Assembly (NCBI RefSeq): GCF_030144855.1
Contig: NC_082727.1
Span: 42,098,001 to 42,162,000 of the forward strand
Direction of reading: 5' to 3'
Source of the DNA: Hypanus sabinus
Taxonomy: Eukaryota
Length of the DNA stretch: 64,000 nt
Position numbers and translations under genes: made by a program. The notes below the pieces were generated by a model. That model was not told the origin of the DNA. It made no database searches and worked only from the letters and a program-made list of their open reading frames with translations. This document shows, piece by piece, positions 12,386 through 25,574 of the stretch (the stretch's first letter is position 1; every line of letters begins with the position of its first letter).

Positions 12386-15379
12386 ACTTGAAACTAAAAT
12401 TGATTCTATGACAATCTTTTTATTGTAGTATGAAAGCTATGGTTTGTTTTGACTGAGGCTTTTAGCGTTTTGGTGGTGGTAAAGATAAAATGGGAAAACC
12501 CAGCTTAGTTTCAAAAGGTTTGCAATTGACCTCCTTGGCTGTCTACCCCACCGTCAAGGAAATTCGGTGCTTTGAAAGAATCCTTTTAGCTCAATGGATT
12601 TGTTTTGAATACTACAACACCTCTCCCATCTCCATCTTTCTGTTTTGTTTGTTTAACTTCTTTTCTATTGAAAGGATTAGCTCTTTCTTCCTTAGTCATG
12701 ACCTTCAGCAGAGAAATCTTTGCTGCATCAGGGCATTTCACCTAACCTCTCTCCCTGCTGTCTGAGTAATAATTTTAAATTGAAGGTCTCTCATCTCTAA
12801 TTCCCTAATCAGGGGAAATAATTTCCCTATTTATATTCTCAAGAACCTTCATAATTTTAAAACATTGATTAAAACAGTTCATAACCTTATTTGCAATGGT
12901 AGAAATAATCCGAGTCTTTCAATTTCCCCACATTATACAATTTTCTATCTCTTGCATCTAATTTGTTTTTTTCTATGATGGATCACCCACAATAAGAACA
13001 GATCTTTAAGGAGCCCAATATACGGGATGGAGGTCACACTGAAAAATATTGTTGCTCTTTGAGGATAATACAGTTCTTGTGGGCAGCGTAGTTTCAGTGG
13101 AAATTGTTAATTTGGTTTGATACAATGCCATTAAAGTGATTATCTCACAAGGTTTGGTTCAAGGCATAGTAAGATATTCAGTTCATGTATAACTATCTAT
13201 TAATCTTTTGTCCCATTTTCAAATGGTTTTGCCCAGTTAAATTGGGCCATATTCTATCTACTTATATGAATATTGCTTAATACTCCTCAATCCAGCTTTA
13301 GGACTGAAATTGCATTGGCTCTGTGCCATCATTTTGGGTTGCTTAAAAAATCTTCATAGTTTTCCTCTACCGTTTGCTAATTAATAATGCGCATTCAGAA
13401 TTGTACTATTTTTCCACCTGTTCATAAATTCTTTGCAAATGGGATGTATCTTAAGGTAATTTCTAGATATTCAGATTCTATAGCTTCATTAGAATCTTTA
13501 CAGATACTACAATTCAATTCTCTTTCCCCCCCCCCCCGAATATAATTAGGTATACATTCCTGGTTCTTTCTGAATTTAAGTCTCCATTTATACCATTCCA
13601 CTTTAGATTTTAATGCTCCTAACAGCACAGTTTTATCATGAATAATTTGTGCATTTGTATATCCAATTAAACCTGACACCAGTGTTTGGTAATCTTATTT
13701 GTTTTAATTGCTTCTCGTATGTGCTTTAGCACTTACAGATATTTTCGTTCTTCCGTTACTAAACATATTATACATTTTTCTTTCCTTTCGACTCCCTTTT
13801 GCTTTTTGTTCTTTTCATGAATATACTAGTGAAATAACCTCCCCATGGTATTTGCTGCTCTCGCATGCCTTTAATGAGGTTCAATATATATGAAGTGCCA
13901 CAACTCTGTGGAGGTTTTGCAGAATATATTCCGTACTTCTTTGTCACTCGTTTATAATCACATCAAACTACTACAGGAATGTGACAATGGGAGTAATGCT
14001 TAGATCACTGCCCTTTGTTCTTATTGTGACATCCACTTTGCAAGCACTCATTCTCACTCCTTTTTACATCATCGGTACCAGCTTGGTACCAAGTATTTGT
14101 ATTTCCATTGTATTTTGCACTTTGTGCACACTCTGTAATCTATGCCTTACTGTTCTCTATTTTTATCGATTTATCTGAATCCAGATTTTCTCTCTTTCTA
14201 TTGTTTACTTAATACTACTCTTTATTTAATTTCATTCTGTAGGGGATGAGAACTGATTAGTGTAATCATTTTGGGTTTTAATAATTGTGCATCAAGTAAT
14301 CTGGCCTAAGTGTCGTCCGGGTCTTATATAATGGCTGAAGCTAATGCAGTGTTTCTATAATAAGACTGTTTTGCAGGTGCTGCATATTAACACATAATCA
14401 GTTCCTGTGTGTGGCTGAGTGAATTTAAATTAACACTGAGAAATTGCATAGCCAAGAGGTAAATCCAAAGAACTTTGGTCAGTTTTTGTACTGTAACTTT
14501 GGTCAATGTCTTTCCTTTGCAAATGGATCCAAAATGTGATGTGGACATTGGGACTTGTTTCAATATTCAGCACCAGCATCTCTCTCCTTAATAGGCCTTT
14601 GAAACACTGGGTAGAATGCACTGCTCTACCCACATACAGTAGATCCAAATTGTTTGAAAAAAAATTGTTCCATGGCAAATAAATCATAAATATTTTGCTT
14701 TCAGTAATTGTGAGCTATGGATTTCAATTATATCCTTTTTGATCCTTCAAGTTATTCTTATCATTTGTCAACTTTACCCCTCATGTAACATTTATATTTA
14801 TAATAACATAAGATCTGAATTACATTCCCCAGTTCCCATATGAAATATTAACCTTAGTTTGTACTCACCTCTCAGAATTTTGGTTCCATTTTTGGCAGGA
14901 ACGTCTTGTCTATCAGGCAAGAGTTCTAAATTCCTTATTTTCCCAACAAATCAATTGTCATTTGTTTTGTAGATCCAAATATTGTTACTTTTATGTTCCT
15001 GGCTAATGATCGTTAAGTTTGACGTATTTTCTTGAAAAGTTATGTCCCCCCACACACTCACCACCTCCAATTTCAGAAAGCTAGAAAACTTATTTTTATC
15101 TTGCTAAAAAGGAATAAATGTGCACTGCTAAAGCAATAAGACATTCTGAACTTGAGCAATGAATGTATGAATCTGTTATGTCTCTTCCTAGCATAATCAA
15201 GTGTTCTCTTGAAATGTAAAAGAAAGACCATGGACGTGTAGAAAAATTTAGATCCCATTTGTCCCATTGTGTCTGCGTTGGTCACAAAGGAGCTACTCAA
15301 GCCCATCTCACCTTCCTTCCCTAGGCCTTTAGCCTGACAGGTCAAAGATCTTCAATTATAAATCAAAGCACTTTTGAAA

Positions 15380-15690
15380 TGTGATTCTATTTATTGGCTC
15401 TACCAGCCTTCCAGGCAGTGAACTTCAGATGCCTACCATCATCAAGGTTAAATGTATTCCGTTAACACTCTCCTAATCCTTCTACCAATAATTTCAAATC
15501 TATAGGTCCCTTGGGTATAGTATAGTCCCTTTATATTTACTTCATTCAGAGCCCTCATAAAATTATATAATTTAATTAACCATCTATACTTCAAAGAAAA
15601 TAACTCAATTTTATTTAGTCATTCCTCATCACTACATCTTTCTAGTATTGGTAACATCCTTGCAGATCTATTCTGCATCACCTCCAGTGA
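15380..15690 (-). mobile_element. Old CR1-type LINE 3' fragment
   Basis: Degenerate similarity to the CR1 3' region at 3540-3850 (ggcagtgaattcc..., ccctcataaaattata, ggtaacatccttgcagatct). Confidence 0.6.
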
Positions 15691-17429
15691 AAAATCAGTC
15701 AAATGTAAATGCATCAGTTCAGCACAGGACTTGCAGAGCCTGACAAAGCAGATGAACTGATCTATAAGAGCTGTAATCTTGTTTGTAACAACGCTTTGTG
15801 TGGATCTTGCCTTCTCTATGGATGGAATGTAAGTATCTGGACTCTCTGTGAGCTGAAGTCTTTTATCAGTGCAGTGATATAAATAAAATATTAAACTATT
15901 ACACTCATTTACACTTATTTTAGAACATCTAGCTCAGAATCTCTATGATGAGTTTTCTGGTTATACTTCTTCCATGGCAACTGGCATCATTCTTAAAACC
16001 TGTGGTACCATTCTTTAAAATGAGACTGAACAAAAAGACAAGTCATGCACTCCTTAAGAACTAGTTTGAACTGAGCACCTGGACGAGTGGACCTCTACTT
16101 TCAGAAATGAGTCCTGTACTGAAGGGCTGCATTTGCATCTCTTCAAAAATGACTCCAGCTTGAAGCTGCGGAATGACCTTGAACCTTTCGCATCTCTTAA
16201 TGGCCGCCTGCTTGGCAAGCAAATGCCAATGAGGCTTACCTTTCACAATGGATTTGGTCTTACGGGAAGACCATAGATAAGTAAAGGAAACTACTATTCT
16301 CCCTTTCCCTTGCTTGGGAATAAAATCGAACACAGACTGCTGGGGGCCACTTGTAAAATGGTCTGCTCAATGCTTCTAAACTAATTTGGATGGATTGATT
16401 CTTGCTAACAGTGGCACTTAGTGGTGTTGATTGTACTTAACGCACCAGAAATTTCATCGTTTTATTTAATACTGATTTCTTTCAATTTCACTTTTTCCTC
16501 TCTATAAGATAAATGCAAAAAAACCCTACCATTTCAAACTTAACAATTCATTCTCTAGAACGTTAGACTTCCTGTGCAATTATGTAAAATGTCACAAAAT
16601 TAAACATTATAATTGTATCTAATACAGTCATTATGCATAATATTACTCCTTTTAAACAAATTTTGCATTGTGCATTAGTTGTCAGTAGGGTCAGAAATAA
16701 TACAGAAAACCCATTAAATTAAAAGCTTCATTCTTTTCAATTGCACCAGAAAAGTGTATCAGTACAAGAGATAACATGGAATAGGTTGAGTGTGATAAAT
16801 TAGCTACATTGTCTATCACTGACTATTTTTAATACTATTTTTAATGTTGCGAATTATTTGGGGTGAAGGATTGAAAAAGTAAGTGTTAAATGGCAGCTGC
16901 GATAGTAAGACGTACCTATTGCTGAATCTAACTGGCAAATCATCTAATCCATGGTTCATTCACGGAGCTAAAGCCTTGCATCTTCCACATACGAGCTCTG
17001 AATAGAAGCATATTTCAGGAGCGTATCACATGCTGACCCCACGCGCTAGTTCCACGGCAGGTGTGGAGTGAACTGACTGACGGAGTATTTCACACCTCAG
17101 GCGGTGTTAGTAAAATATGGATACTTAACAGTCTTTCTATCTGTGGTTCAGAAGGTCTTGGCCAGAAGAGGAGGAATGTCATCCCTTTGGAATGGGTTGG
17201 GGGGAGGTGGGGTTGCAACCTTGGTTACCATAGCATTTTTGAGATAAGATCAGTACCTGGATAGAAAGTTTACACCTTTACACAAATTGTCGAGGCAGTA
17301 TGTTGACACACCTCTCAATAGGTACACTGTCACCAGCAAAAGAATAAGCACCAATGGACATCTAGCCAGTTCTAACATTTTCACACACATTTTTCATGCT
17401 ACTCACATTTGAGGTACTTCCGAAATCAT

Positions 17430-17467
17430 TTGTCCTGATGAAGGGTCTCAGCCTGAAATGTCAACTG
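17430..17467 (+). ncRNA. Minimal type-I hammerhead ribozyme motif (core intact, stem I weakened)
   Basis: CTGATGA at 17435-17441, stem II agg/cct around a gtctcag loop, GAAA at 17455-17458, then T-GTC (putative GUC cleavage triplet). Confidence 0.6.
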
Positions 17468-17520
17468 CTTACTTTTTCCATAGATGCTGCCTGGCTTACT
17501 GAGTTCCTCCAGCATTTTAA
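17430..17520 (+). mobile_element. Penelope pseudo-LTR
   Basis: Hammerhead motif followed by tttccatagatgctgcctggcttactgagttcctccagcatttt. Confidence 0.8.
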
Positions 17521-17561
17521 ACACAAAAATATAAGAACTAGGAGCAGGAGTAGGCCATCTG

Positions 17562-18107
17562 TGTCAGGGTCCCGACCGTTAATTCCCCATTTTCTCCTTA
17601 TTCTCTTTGATGGCGGCACACCTGGTATAAGAACCCAGGTATAAGTGCAGTATAAAAAACTAGGTTTTGCATCCACTAATTGCCAGATCGCTGGTCTTGC
17701 CAGTGTGGTAATTAATGTTTCCCAGCCGTTTAGGATTGTGTTTTCTAAGTTTTGCTTCAGTACCGAGATTTACCCGTGCAACTCAGTCTCTCCAAGTCAA
17801 GATAAGTTTTCTAATTTCAACTCCAGTACCGAGGTTTACCTGTGTAACTCCGTCTCTCCGTGTGAAGATAAGGATTCTAAGTTTACTCCAGTACCGAGGT
17901 TTACCTGTGTAACTCCGTCTCTCCGTGCTAAGAAAAGTTTTGTCTGCTACTTGCCTTTCTACGGTCCATGTCAAGGTAAGTTCTACCTGCCTCCTGCTTT
18001 CCTGTACTCCTTCCTGTTTGCCGTTCAACGCTCACGCCCGCGTCTGCATCCTAACTCAATCTCCGTGCCGGTGTCCTGTGTTTGGGTTTGGCCCGTTCAT
18101 AGCAACA
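17562..18107 (+). mobile_element. Solo LTR (546 bp)
   Basis: TG...CA termini, a perfect 5-bp TSD ATCTG (17557-17561 and 18108-18112), a TATA-like tataaaaa at ~17651 and retained CpGs. Confidence 0.9.
17744..17940. repeat. Three ~66-bp tandem repeats inside the solo LTR
   Basis: Units start at 17744, 17810 and 17876. Core: cagtaccgaggtttacctgtgtaactccgtctctccg. Confidence 0.9.
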
Positions 18108-18885
18108 ATCTGGTCTGTTGAGCCTGCTTCGCCATTTGATAAGGTCATGGACACGTCTCCACCTACCTGTCTTTTCCCCGTAACTCTTAATTCCCCAACT
18201 ATGCAAAAATCTATCCAACCTTGCCTTAATTAATTTACTAAGGTAGCCTCCACTGCTTCATTGGGCAGAGAATTCCACAGATTCACCACCCTCAGGGAAA
18301 AGCAGTTCCTCCTCAACTCCATCCTAAATCTACTCCCCTGAATCTTGAGGCTTTGTGTATGTTACTTGGAATTCCAGCAACTGTAGATTTTCTTGTGTCT
18401 GATTTGGCACTCTAGCTTCTAGCTTTCCATTATACCAAGAAAATTAGTTTGTCAAAATTATCAATCTCCTTTTGGAATTGAAACCTGTGAGATCACCAAC
18501 CCTACTGCAGACGAGGTGGTACTTCTGACAGTCAGTAACTCCTTCCTTCCAGACATGGCTGTCAGGGTCACCTGCTGCAGCTGTGAGTTTATGGCAGATA
18601 CAGCTATTCCTAATCTGTAATCCTCAGACCTTTACTTTAGCACATGCTCATTGTGGTCTAACCGTAAAGATTCTATTCTCCTTTGGTGAACGCTTTGTAG
18701 AGCTTCATTAATTCCAGGCTTCCTGGATGAGACTATACCTCCCTGCCACTCCCCTTTCTGTCCTGTCCCCAGCAGGACTTTAGAAAAGGTCACCGTACTC
18801 TCAAGTAAGAAAGTAAGAGGTAAATGAGGAAGACAACATTTATCCATTGCTGAACCTGAACAAGCATTGACTCAGAGACCGTCAT

Positions 18886-19298
18886 TGTCTCTAGGTTCAG
18901 ATATGGCCCAAGTGTGGAGCAAGAGACACTGATGTGGGTCAATAGTTCACAGACTTTAATGCAAACAGTGTTAAAGGGAAAAGAAGACAATAAGTGCTAG
19001 GCCAAACAGGGCCATTAACTAAAACTCTGAAATGGTAAACGAAGCCAACACTGCAGCTGAAAGGAATAACTAAATATAAAACTTCCGATTCGGTTGACTC
19101 GACAGTCCAATTTCTCAGGCAAGGACAAATGCAAACAGGCAGCGAAGCATTGCTGTGGTGGGTTCAAGTCTCAACAAGCATTACAATGGAAAGAATGGAG
19201 TTAAATACTGTTGCGATGAAATAATAATTAGCTGACACGTGCATACTCACAAGCACAATTGCCATATCTGCTGTGTAGCCGAAACCGTGGTTCTGACA
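18886..19298 (-). mobile_element. Second solo LTR (413 bp)
   Basis: TGTC...GACA termini with a 4-bp TSD TCAT (18882-18885 and 19299-19302). Orientation is inferred from a minus-strand ATTAAA near 18955. Confidence 0.65.
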
Positions 19299-19574
19299 TC
19301 ATCAGAATGCCACTGTGTGCTCCAATGTTTGCAACAAAATTATGTCTTGCAGTAAAAGTGGACTCATTATTAAGGATCCTCAGCATGTCTCATTAAATAC
19401 TCTTAAAGTAGGTCAAAAATATCAATTTACAGAAGATATGATCAAACTTTAATGTAGTATATGCAACTGCTGTTGCCACAAACATACTATATGTGCATAA
19501 GATGCACTCAATAAACTGAGAAATATTTGTGATAACTTTGACACCAGATGTAAACCTTGACCTTGAACACCTAA

Positions 19575-22556
19575 CAATTGAATGTCATGCATTCTATTAA
19601 CCAAGGAGTTCACCTCCATAATCCTGACTGCAGTTTACACACAGCCAGCGGCTGACTATAATCAAGCGCATGAGGTACTGCACGATGCCATCTCTAAACT
19701 AAAAACAGTCCATCACAATGCATTACAAATCATAGTCGGGGACTTCAACCAGGCTTGTTTGAAGAAAACCCTGCCCAATTACCATCAGCATATAACCTGT
19801 AGTACCAGAGGTCCCAACATACTAGACCACTGTTATACTGAGAGAAGGCCTGCCTACCATTCCATGCCCAGACCACATTTCAGCAAATCAGATCACTTGG
19901 CTGTCCTTCTCCTACCTGCATACAGGTAGAGGCTAAAGAGCAATGCTCCATAGATTAGAACAAAGAGGTAATCACAGGAGGCAGAGGAGTGGCTACAAGA
20001 TTGCTTTGAGTCAGTGGGCTGCGCCATATTCAAGAACTAGTTTGTAGATCTGAATACATACATCATGGTTGCCATGGACTTTATTAAAACATTTGTAGAT
20101 AAATGTGTCCCCACAAGAACATGGATGAATCATGAGATCCACTGTCTGCTGAGGTCCACATCAGAGGCATTCAAGTCTTGTGACCTAAAACATTACAGGA
20201 GGTCCAGGTATGACCTCCAGAAAGTCATCTCAAAGGCATCATAGCAATTCCGGACTAAACTTGAATCAACAAAGGATATTCAACCATTGGGCCAGGGCTT
20301 AAATACCATCACATCTTATAAAGTTAAGTCAAGTTAGTGTCCACTGTCACCATAGGTAATAGCAGGGCTTCACTTCCAAAAGAGCTCAATGCCTTCTATG
20401 CTCATTTTGACCGTAAAAATCACAAACTCCCACAGCCCCTGATGATGCTGTGATTTCAGTGTCTGTGACCAACATGCAAGCAGCCTACAGGAAAAGCGTC
20501 CAGCCCAGATGGGCTACCTGGCCAAGTACTAGAGACCTGTGCTGATCACCTGGCTGGAGTGTTCACTGAGATCTTTAACCTTTTGCTTTGGCAGTCTGTG
20601 GTACCTGCTTGCTTCAAGCAGGCTTCAGTTATACCAGTGTCTATGGAGAATGTGGTGACCTTCCTCAATGACTATGGTCCAGTAGTATTTATATCCACAG
20701 TGATGAAGTGTTAGAGGTAGGTGAGAAGCGACTTGGATCCACTCCAATTTGCCTACCTGAGCAACTGGCCATTTCAATGGCTCTTCACTCAACCTTAGAA
20801 CATATGGACAGCAAAGATGCATGTATTTGGATGCTTTTTATCAAATACAGCTCAGCAATCAATAACATCATCCCCTGAAAACTAATCAAAAAGCTCCAAG
20901 ACCTTGGCCTCAACACCTCCTTGTGTAATTGGATTAGATTCTGGTACTGATTGGCAAGAGCATTTTCTCCATAATCTGCATCAGTCTCGGTGCACCACAA
21001 GGCTGCGTGCTTAACCCCCTGCTCTACTTGCTTCACACTTGTGACTATGAGGCCAAGCACAGCTCCAATGCCATATTCAAGTTTGCTGGTGACACCGCTG
21101 TCATAAGCTGAACAAAAGTGGTGATGTATCAGCATATAGTAAGGAGACTGAAAATCTGGCTGAGTGGTGCCACAACAACAACCTCTTATCCAATATCAGC
21201 AAGACCAAGGAGCTGATAATTGACTTAAGGAGAAGAAAACCAGAGGTCCATAAGCCAGTCCTCATCGGAGGTTCAGCGCTGGAGAGGATTAGCAACTTTA
21301 AATTCTTTGGTGTTATTATTTCAGAGGACCTGTCCTGGGTCCCACACACAAGTTCAATTATGAAGAAAGCGCGCCAGAACCTCTACTTCCTCAGGAGTTT
21401 GCAAAGATTAGGCATGACATCTAAAACTTTCATAAACTTCTAAAGATGTGTGGTGGTTGTTCACCATATCTGATGACCACAGGAAGCCTGTGCAAGAGAG
21501 TTTTTAAAGTGGAAAATCCAATGCACTGGAGCAGTTCCACTCTCTCGATCCCAGAAGTCCAGGTCCAGCAGTACGAACAAGAGTCACAAACTGGAGACTT
21601 CATGGATGATCATGAAGTCTTCTGTGCCTTGTCACGGCTGAAGCTCTCCACAGAGATTTGCAGTACCACTTTCCTGGCCTTTGGATCTCACTGTAGAGCT
21701 CGTCCACCCAATCCCCTGGAGCTGATTTCGCAAGCTAGGACAGGCATGCCCCTATCTCACTGGGGTATGAAGCTGGCAGATATCGTCACCTGCTTTAGCC
21801 TGAAAGTCGAAGCAGTGTGCTGAAGTGTGGTCGCTGTTGCATGAAAACAGCCATTTGGAACCACAGGTGAGAGTTGAGTGTCTGGTGGGGACTGCAGGTA
21901 AGTAAGTTGCCTCAGAATCAATGTGACAAGCCCCTTCACCCGAGGTACCCCATAGATGTGTAGGGGAGAGTATATTAATTGGCTGCATCGCAGCCTGGTA
22001 TGGAAGCACTAATGCTATTGAGCAGAAGATCTTACAAAAAGTAATGGCAACAGTACTGTCCCTCACGGGAGAAGCCCTCCTCACCAATGAGAACATCTAC
22101 ATGAAACGTTGTCGCAGGAAAGCAGCATCCATCATCAGGGACCCTCACCGCCCAGGACGTGCTCTCTTCTCATTGCTGCCATCTGGAAGAAGGGTCAGGA
22201 GCCCCAGGACTCTCAGCGCCAGGTTCAGGAGCAGTTATTACCACTGAGCCATCAGGCTCTTAAACCAAAGGGGATAACTTCACTCAATTTCACTTGCCCC
22301 GCTTGAAGTCTGCCCGCAACCTATGGACTCACTTTCAAGGACAATTCATCTCATGTTCTTGATAATATTTATTATTTCTTTCTTTCTGCATTTGCAAAGT
22401 TTGTTGTCTTTTGCACAACGGTTGAATGCCCGAGTTGCTGCCATCTTTCACTGATTTTATTATGGCTATTATTCTATGGATTTATTGAGTATGCCCACAA
22501 CAACAAGGATTCTCCGGGTTGTATAATGTGACATGTATGTTCTTTGATAATAAATA
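19575..22556 (+). mobile_element. Large decayed Rex1/Babar LINE (endonuclease C-terminal half, RT, DUF1891-like region, 3' UTR)
   Basis: Peptides EFTSIILTAVY...IIVGDFNQACLKKTLPNYHQHITCSTRGPNILDHCY...SDHLAVLLLPAY (APE), GAPQGCVLNPLLY (RT) and RCRRKAASIIRDPHRPG...SGRR. Many stops and frameshifts. Confidence 0.9.
21457..21953. mobile_element. Unclassified ~497-bp insertion inside the Rex LINE
   Basis: Flanked by an imperfect 13-bp duplication, agatgtgtggtgg (21444-21456) and agatgtgtagggg (21954-21966). The LINE sequence resumes after it. Confidence 0.7.
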
Positions 22557-23875
22557 GTGTTTGTCAGATATCACTCACACCTGATAAAAGTCTCAGAACC
22601 CTACGAAGGAGGTGATTTAAGAAATTTGTGTTTGGAAGTATTATCAATAATTTTATTATACAATCTTTAGCTTCACTTGTATGTGCTTGTACGTTAGGTT
22701 TAGTGCCTTAGGACATTGATTTAATGGATAATGCTTCTGCTATTACTTGGCATTAAAATTACATGCTGCAATAATGACATTTCAGAGAGACACATAATCC
22801 TATGAATGTAATCTATGATTTATTATGAAATTGTAACTTGGTGCAGAAGAATTTATTATATTTTACAATATTACAAAAATGTGTTTGCCATTGTCCATTT
22901 TATATCAATATTAAATTATGGGATCTTGATATACGTAGTGGAATATCTTTACCTTCATTGTAAATTCTCATTTCCTGCATGACAGGACAGCATTGTCAGT
23001 AGCATCTTTCATATTGAAGAAAAAAAAGCAAGTTCATGTTTCTCATGAGCAAACTTTTATTTTGCCCAAGGCACCTCTTAATTGGACTATTTATTGCAAA
23101 TGGTAATGAGAAATTAAACATGTCACATGCAGATTTTTAGTTTGTTGATTAGGCATGAATTGCAGGAGAGATACAGTCCTTAACAAATCATTAACCCAGG
23201 AAAACAACCAATTTACAAAATGGTCCCCACGTAACATGTTTTTTAAACTCAGCATGGGAAAAGTGATTCATTGATGACACTGTAGTGTAAAATTGGATTT
23301 CTATGCTGAAGCTGTCAAGTTTATAAAATCAGAAGTGATTAATGTGCATCATGAAACAAGGGCCTTCTGGGAAGTTGGCAGAGCAGCCATAGGAGCTGAG
23401 CCACATTGTCTTACAACCAAGACTTGATTGAGAAAAAGAAATTTGTTCTGAGTCATATATCTCTCAAAATCATCATTTTCCTGTAAAAGCAACTGAGCCT
23501 GTGGGGCCAACACTAGAACCCACAGGATTGTCCCCTCTCCCTAGTGATAACATAACACTGTCAGAAGGAGACCGATAAGAACTATGGCTGTGGATATTGC
23601 TGACTGGAAGTAGAACTTGGCTTCAGTTCATCCAGGTCATATGATGCTAGGCATGGGTGCCAGGTTAATCACTGTTAAGTGGACTGTGGATCTAGAGACC
23701 AAGACTAGACCTGGCCCAACTAGACTAGGTCTGCAGGTCTGACAATTAGGAAGTCCAGTGGAATGTTGGAGTCTATTGGAAAGGGAATGAAGTTTCAAAG
23801 TAGAGATTTCAAAGCAGGGATGTTTCAAAGCATGCTTAGCCCCCTACACTACACACTTTATGCTTAAAAATGTCA

Positions 23876-24822
23876 GGCTAAGTTCAGCTCCAATGCCATG
23901 GCTGATGACACCACTCTTGTTGGCCAAATCACAGGCAGTGATATATCAGCGTATAGGAGGAAGATTGAAAGTCTGGTTGAGGGTGCCGCAGCACCTACCT
24001 CTCACTTAATGCCAACAAAACCAAAGAGCTGATTGTTGACTACAGGAAGAAGAAACAAGAAAAAGAAGTCTATGAGCCCATTTTCATTAAGAGAAAATGG
24101 ATAGGTCGGTAACTTTGAATTCCTTGGTGTCATCATATCAGACGATATGTCCTGGGAGCAGAACATGAGTGCCATCACAAAGAAGGCACAATAGCACCTC
24201 TACTTTATTCAAAGTAACTGTAGATTCATCAGGTTATCTATAAACTTTGACAAACTTCTACAGCTGCACAGTGAAGAGCAGACAGACTGACTTTAACACA
24301 GCCTGGTATGGAAACACCAATGGCCTGGAATGGAAAAGCCAACCAAAAGTGATGGACACAGCCCTGTCCATCACAGCCAAAATTGTCCCCTCCACTGAGC
24401 ACATTTACATGGAATGCACCACAAGAAAGCCAGAAACCATCATCAATGTCCTCCCCCACCCTGGCCATGATCTCATCCCACCTCTACCACTGGGCAGGAT
24501 GTACAGAAGCTTTAGGTCCCAACATACTAATTTCAGGAACAGTTAATACTGTGCAATCTTCAGGCTCCTAAACTGCAGAGTCAGTTCATTCACAACATCT
24601 CTGAATTGATTCTACAACCTACAAACTCCCTTTCAAGGACTTGATTTTTTTTAATTTTCATAATTTGTGTTCTTTTGCACATTGGTTTTTTGTCAGTCTT
24701 TATTTATGTATAGTTTTTCATCAACTCTATTGTATTTATTTTTCTGTAAATGCCTGCAAGAAAATGAATCTCAAGGTAGTAAGTATATGGTGACATATAT
24801 GTACTTGGACTTTGATTTTGAA
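23876..24822 (+). mobile_element. Rex1/Babar LINE 3' fragment
   Basis: Peptide TNFYSCTVKSRQTDFNTAWYGNTNGLEWKSQPKVMDTALSIT, followed by the same 3' UTR family as 22300-22556. Confidence 0.85.
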
Positions 24823-25574
24823 GTCCATGGTGGACAGATTGGTGGTTTATGTGAAAGTTAAGGTTATTGGAAATAGACGAGGAAGTGGTGAAGGGCCAAG
24901 ATCAGATCAGATGAAACCTTACTGGATGATAAAGAAAGCTTGAGACACATCTGGCCTATTGCTGCTTCCATATGTTCTTATATCTGGTCCCTGAGTCCAG
25001 ATGGGGTCTATAGAGAGATTACCAGAGACTCAGGGATCACATTAGGCCAGTCCTATACTGGGGATTTGTCCAAATTCAGTTCCATGTCTACTGGATATCA
25101 TGGTGGCAATAGAATTATCACTGTAACATACGTACAGTAAAGGTGCATGCAGGTCTATCATTACATAATGATGATTTACTATATTGATAGGTATAGTTCT
25201 GTATTTTTACAAAGTGGGAGCATTATTGGTGGGCACAGATATTTACTAAATAATTTTGGGTGCAGTACTGTAGACCATAGGTCTCTAGTTGGCACTAACT
25301 GTAATTTCAAAGAGATCTTTTAAGGAATTGGTATAAGGGACAATGGGCTTCAGATATTTTGAATTACCATCCCTGCTGTCCTAGATTTTACTTTTGTTAG
25401 AAATAGCTGTGTGTGCATGAACTTGCAGCAGACCCAGCTGTAGATGACAATGGGATTACTATTGAAACTAGGCAGTAAGGAAAGCAATCCATTTCACTGA
25501 TATTAAGTGGCTGGAGATGTTTGAACTTTTAGAGAAGAGCAGTGTGATCAGCAATTTTACTAAGAAAATGAAAG

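Larger units (their letters stand above)
17522..18355 (-). mobile_element. CR1-type LINE 3' fragment interrupted by a solo LTR
   Basis: ataagaactaggagcaggagtaggccatctg resumes as atctggtctgttgagcctgc after the LTR and continues through cattgggcagagaattccacagattcaccacc. Confidence 0.85.

Noticed and set aside
14863-14930. Minus-strand GTGAGT donor after DVPAKNGTKILR, faintly like the first exon of BLNK
   Set aside because: No in-frame ATG or good acceptor, weak similarity, and the position does not fit a gene lying upstream of the polymerase.
17744-17940. 66-bp repeats read as a CRISPR-like array
   Set aside because: The units are contiguous near-identical tandem copies without unique spacers, inside a eukaryotic solo LTR.
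22953-23005. Minus-strand 53-nt segment with acceptor- and donor-like ends
   Set aside because: Stop codons in all three frames and no supporting neighbouring exons.
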